Of a DNA stretch of 64,000 bases, positions 63,367 through 64,000 are shown piece by piece. The stretch comes from Herbidospora yilanensis (lineage in GTDB: Bacteria; Actinomycetota; Actinomycetes; Streptosporangiales; Streptosporangiaceae). The stretch's first letter is position 1, and each line of letters opens with the position of its first letter. Position numbers and translations under genes: made by a program. The notes under the pieces were generated by a model. It had not been told where the DNA came from. It searched no databases and was given only the letters and a program-made list of their open reading frames with translations. The stretch lies in assembly GCF_001570565.1 (NCBI RefSeq), contig NZ_BBXE01000013.1, forward strand, positions 264,984 to 328,983, in the 5' to 3' direction.

Positions 63367-63408
63367 TTGAACGATCAAATCATGCATTACTTCCGTTTGA
63401 TCGTTCAA
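63367..63408. promoter_or_regulatory. Perfect 13-bp inverted repeat in a divergent promoter region
   Basis: TTGAACGATCAAA (63367-63379) and TTTGATCGTTCAA (63396-63408) are separated by 16 nt. They lie between the glucosidase gene and a LacI-family gene. Confidence 0.5.
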
Positions 63409-63427
63409 CCCCCCGAAAGGTGCACAG

Positions 63428-64000
63428 ATGGCCGACAAGGTGACGATCGCCGACGTGGCGCGCGCTGCCGGTGTATCTCGCCAGACGGTCTCCAACGCGC
63501 TGAACACCCCCGAGGTGGTCCGTGAGGAGACCCGGCGCCGGGTCCTCGACGTCGTCGAGGAGCTCGGCTACCGGGTCAACCAGGCGGCCCGCCAGATGCG
63601 GACCGGCCGGTCCCGGTTGATCGCCGCCCGCATCGACCCCGAGCAGGACGGCATCAACGGCTCGGTCGGCGACCGGTTCCTGCACGGCCTCACCGAGACG
63701 GCCGCCCGCGAGGGCTACCGGGTGCTGCTCTACACCGCCGACGGCGACGACGCCGAGACCGCCGCCTTCGACGACCTGCTCGGCGCGTACGAACCCGACG
63801 CCTTCGTGCTGATGGCCACCCACCACGGCGACCGGCGCACGAGCTGGCTGGCCGAGCGGGGTGTGCCGTTCGTCACCTTCGGCCGGGCGTGGAGCGAGCC
63901 GGACGCCCCCCACTGCTGGGTCGACGTCGACGGCGCCGCCGGCACCGAGGCCGCCACCCGGCACCTGCTCTCCCGGGGCCACCGCCGGATCGGCTTCCTC
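63428..64000 (+). CDS. LacI-family transcriptional regulator (partial; continues beyond the window)
   Basis: Not in the ORF track because it runs off the right edge. Manual translation: MADKVTIADVARAAGVSRQTVSNALNTPEVVREETRRRVLDVVEELGYRVNQAARQMRTGRS... Confidence 0.85.
   Translation, partial: MADKVTIADVARAAGVSRQTVSNALNTPEVVREETRRRVLDVVEELGYRVNQAARQMRTGRSRLIAARIDPEQDGINGSVGDRFLHGLTETAAREGYRVLLYTADGDDAETAAFDDLLGAYEPDAFVLMATHHGDRRTSWLAERGVPFVTFGRAWSEPDAPHCWVDVDGAAGTEAATRHLLSRGHRRIGFL

Noticed and set aside
1-64000. tRNA, rRNA, tmRNA, RNase P RNA, transposases, integrases and prophage genes
   Set aside because: A visual scan of the lower-GC and intergenic stretches showed no cloverleaf-type T-arm sequences, no rRNA-like conserved blocks and no recombinase-like ORFs. 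A covariance-model scan (tRNAscan-SE or Infernal) would be needed to rule out small RNAs.

Overview
High-GC actinobacterial chromosomal DNA, apparently from a filamentous actinomycete: GTG starts are frequent, third codon positions are strongly G/C biased, and many adjacent genes overlap by 1-4 nt. I can support about 55 protein-coding genes. I found no rRNA, tRNA, CRISPR array, transposase or integrase. Many long ORFs in the supplied track are Arg/Gly/Pro-rich shadow frames of real genes and are not reported.

Most of the window is ordinary. It holds a SARP regulator, a two-component system, a LacI regulator with a Ser/Thr kinase, mscL, and a Tat-exported sugar isomerase with a secreted PQQ-type sugar dehydrogenase. 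It also holds an XRE/DUF397 pair, an MFS transporter, an acyl-CoA synthetase, tricorn protease, bcp, hsp20, nadK, an ECF sigma factor with two YCII genes, DUF485/actP, a PIG-L deacetylase and a debranching-type glucosidase.

The main finding is a RiPP biosynthetic gene cluster at about 35.8-51.6 kb.
- Its five tandem precursor genes (45247-46046) are too short for the ORF track. They share a leader, ELIAGYANYASTEAIL, and have Cys-free cores built from 6-10 (hydrophobic-Ser/Thr) dyads.
- They sit beside a class-V-lanthipeptide-like kinase and HopA1-like lyase, a luciferase-like (F420/flavin) oxidoreductase, an ABC exporter and an M16 peptidase pair.
- On the other side are a LanM-like synthetase with apparently intact cyclase zinc ligands and two LuxR-type regulators.
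- My inference is dehydration followed by hydrogenation, giving alternating L/D (gramicidin- or polytheonamide-like) ribosomal peptides. This is untested.

Secondary points:
- a translationally coupled nfeD/yqiJ-like, flotillin and 1573-aa AAA+ operon;
- three TGGGAGCGCTCCC(A/G) palindromes, one at the LacI gene and two upstream of mscL;
- a 1.37 kb non-coding gap holding a degenerate ~29-bp tandem repeat.
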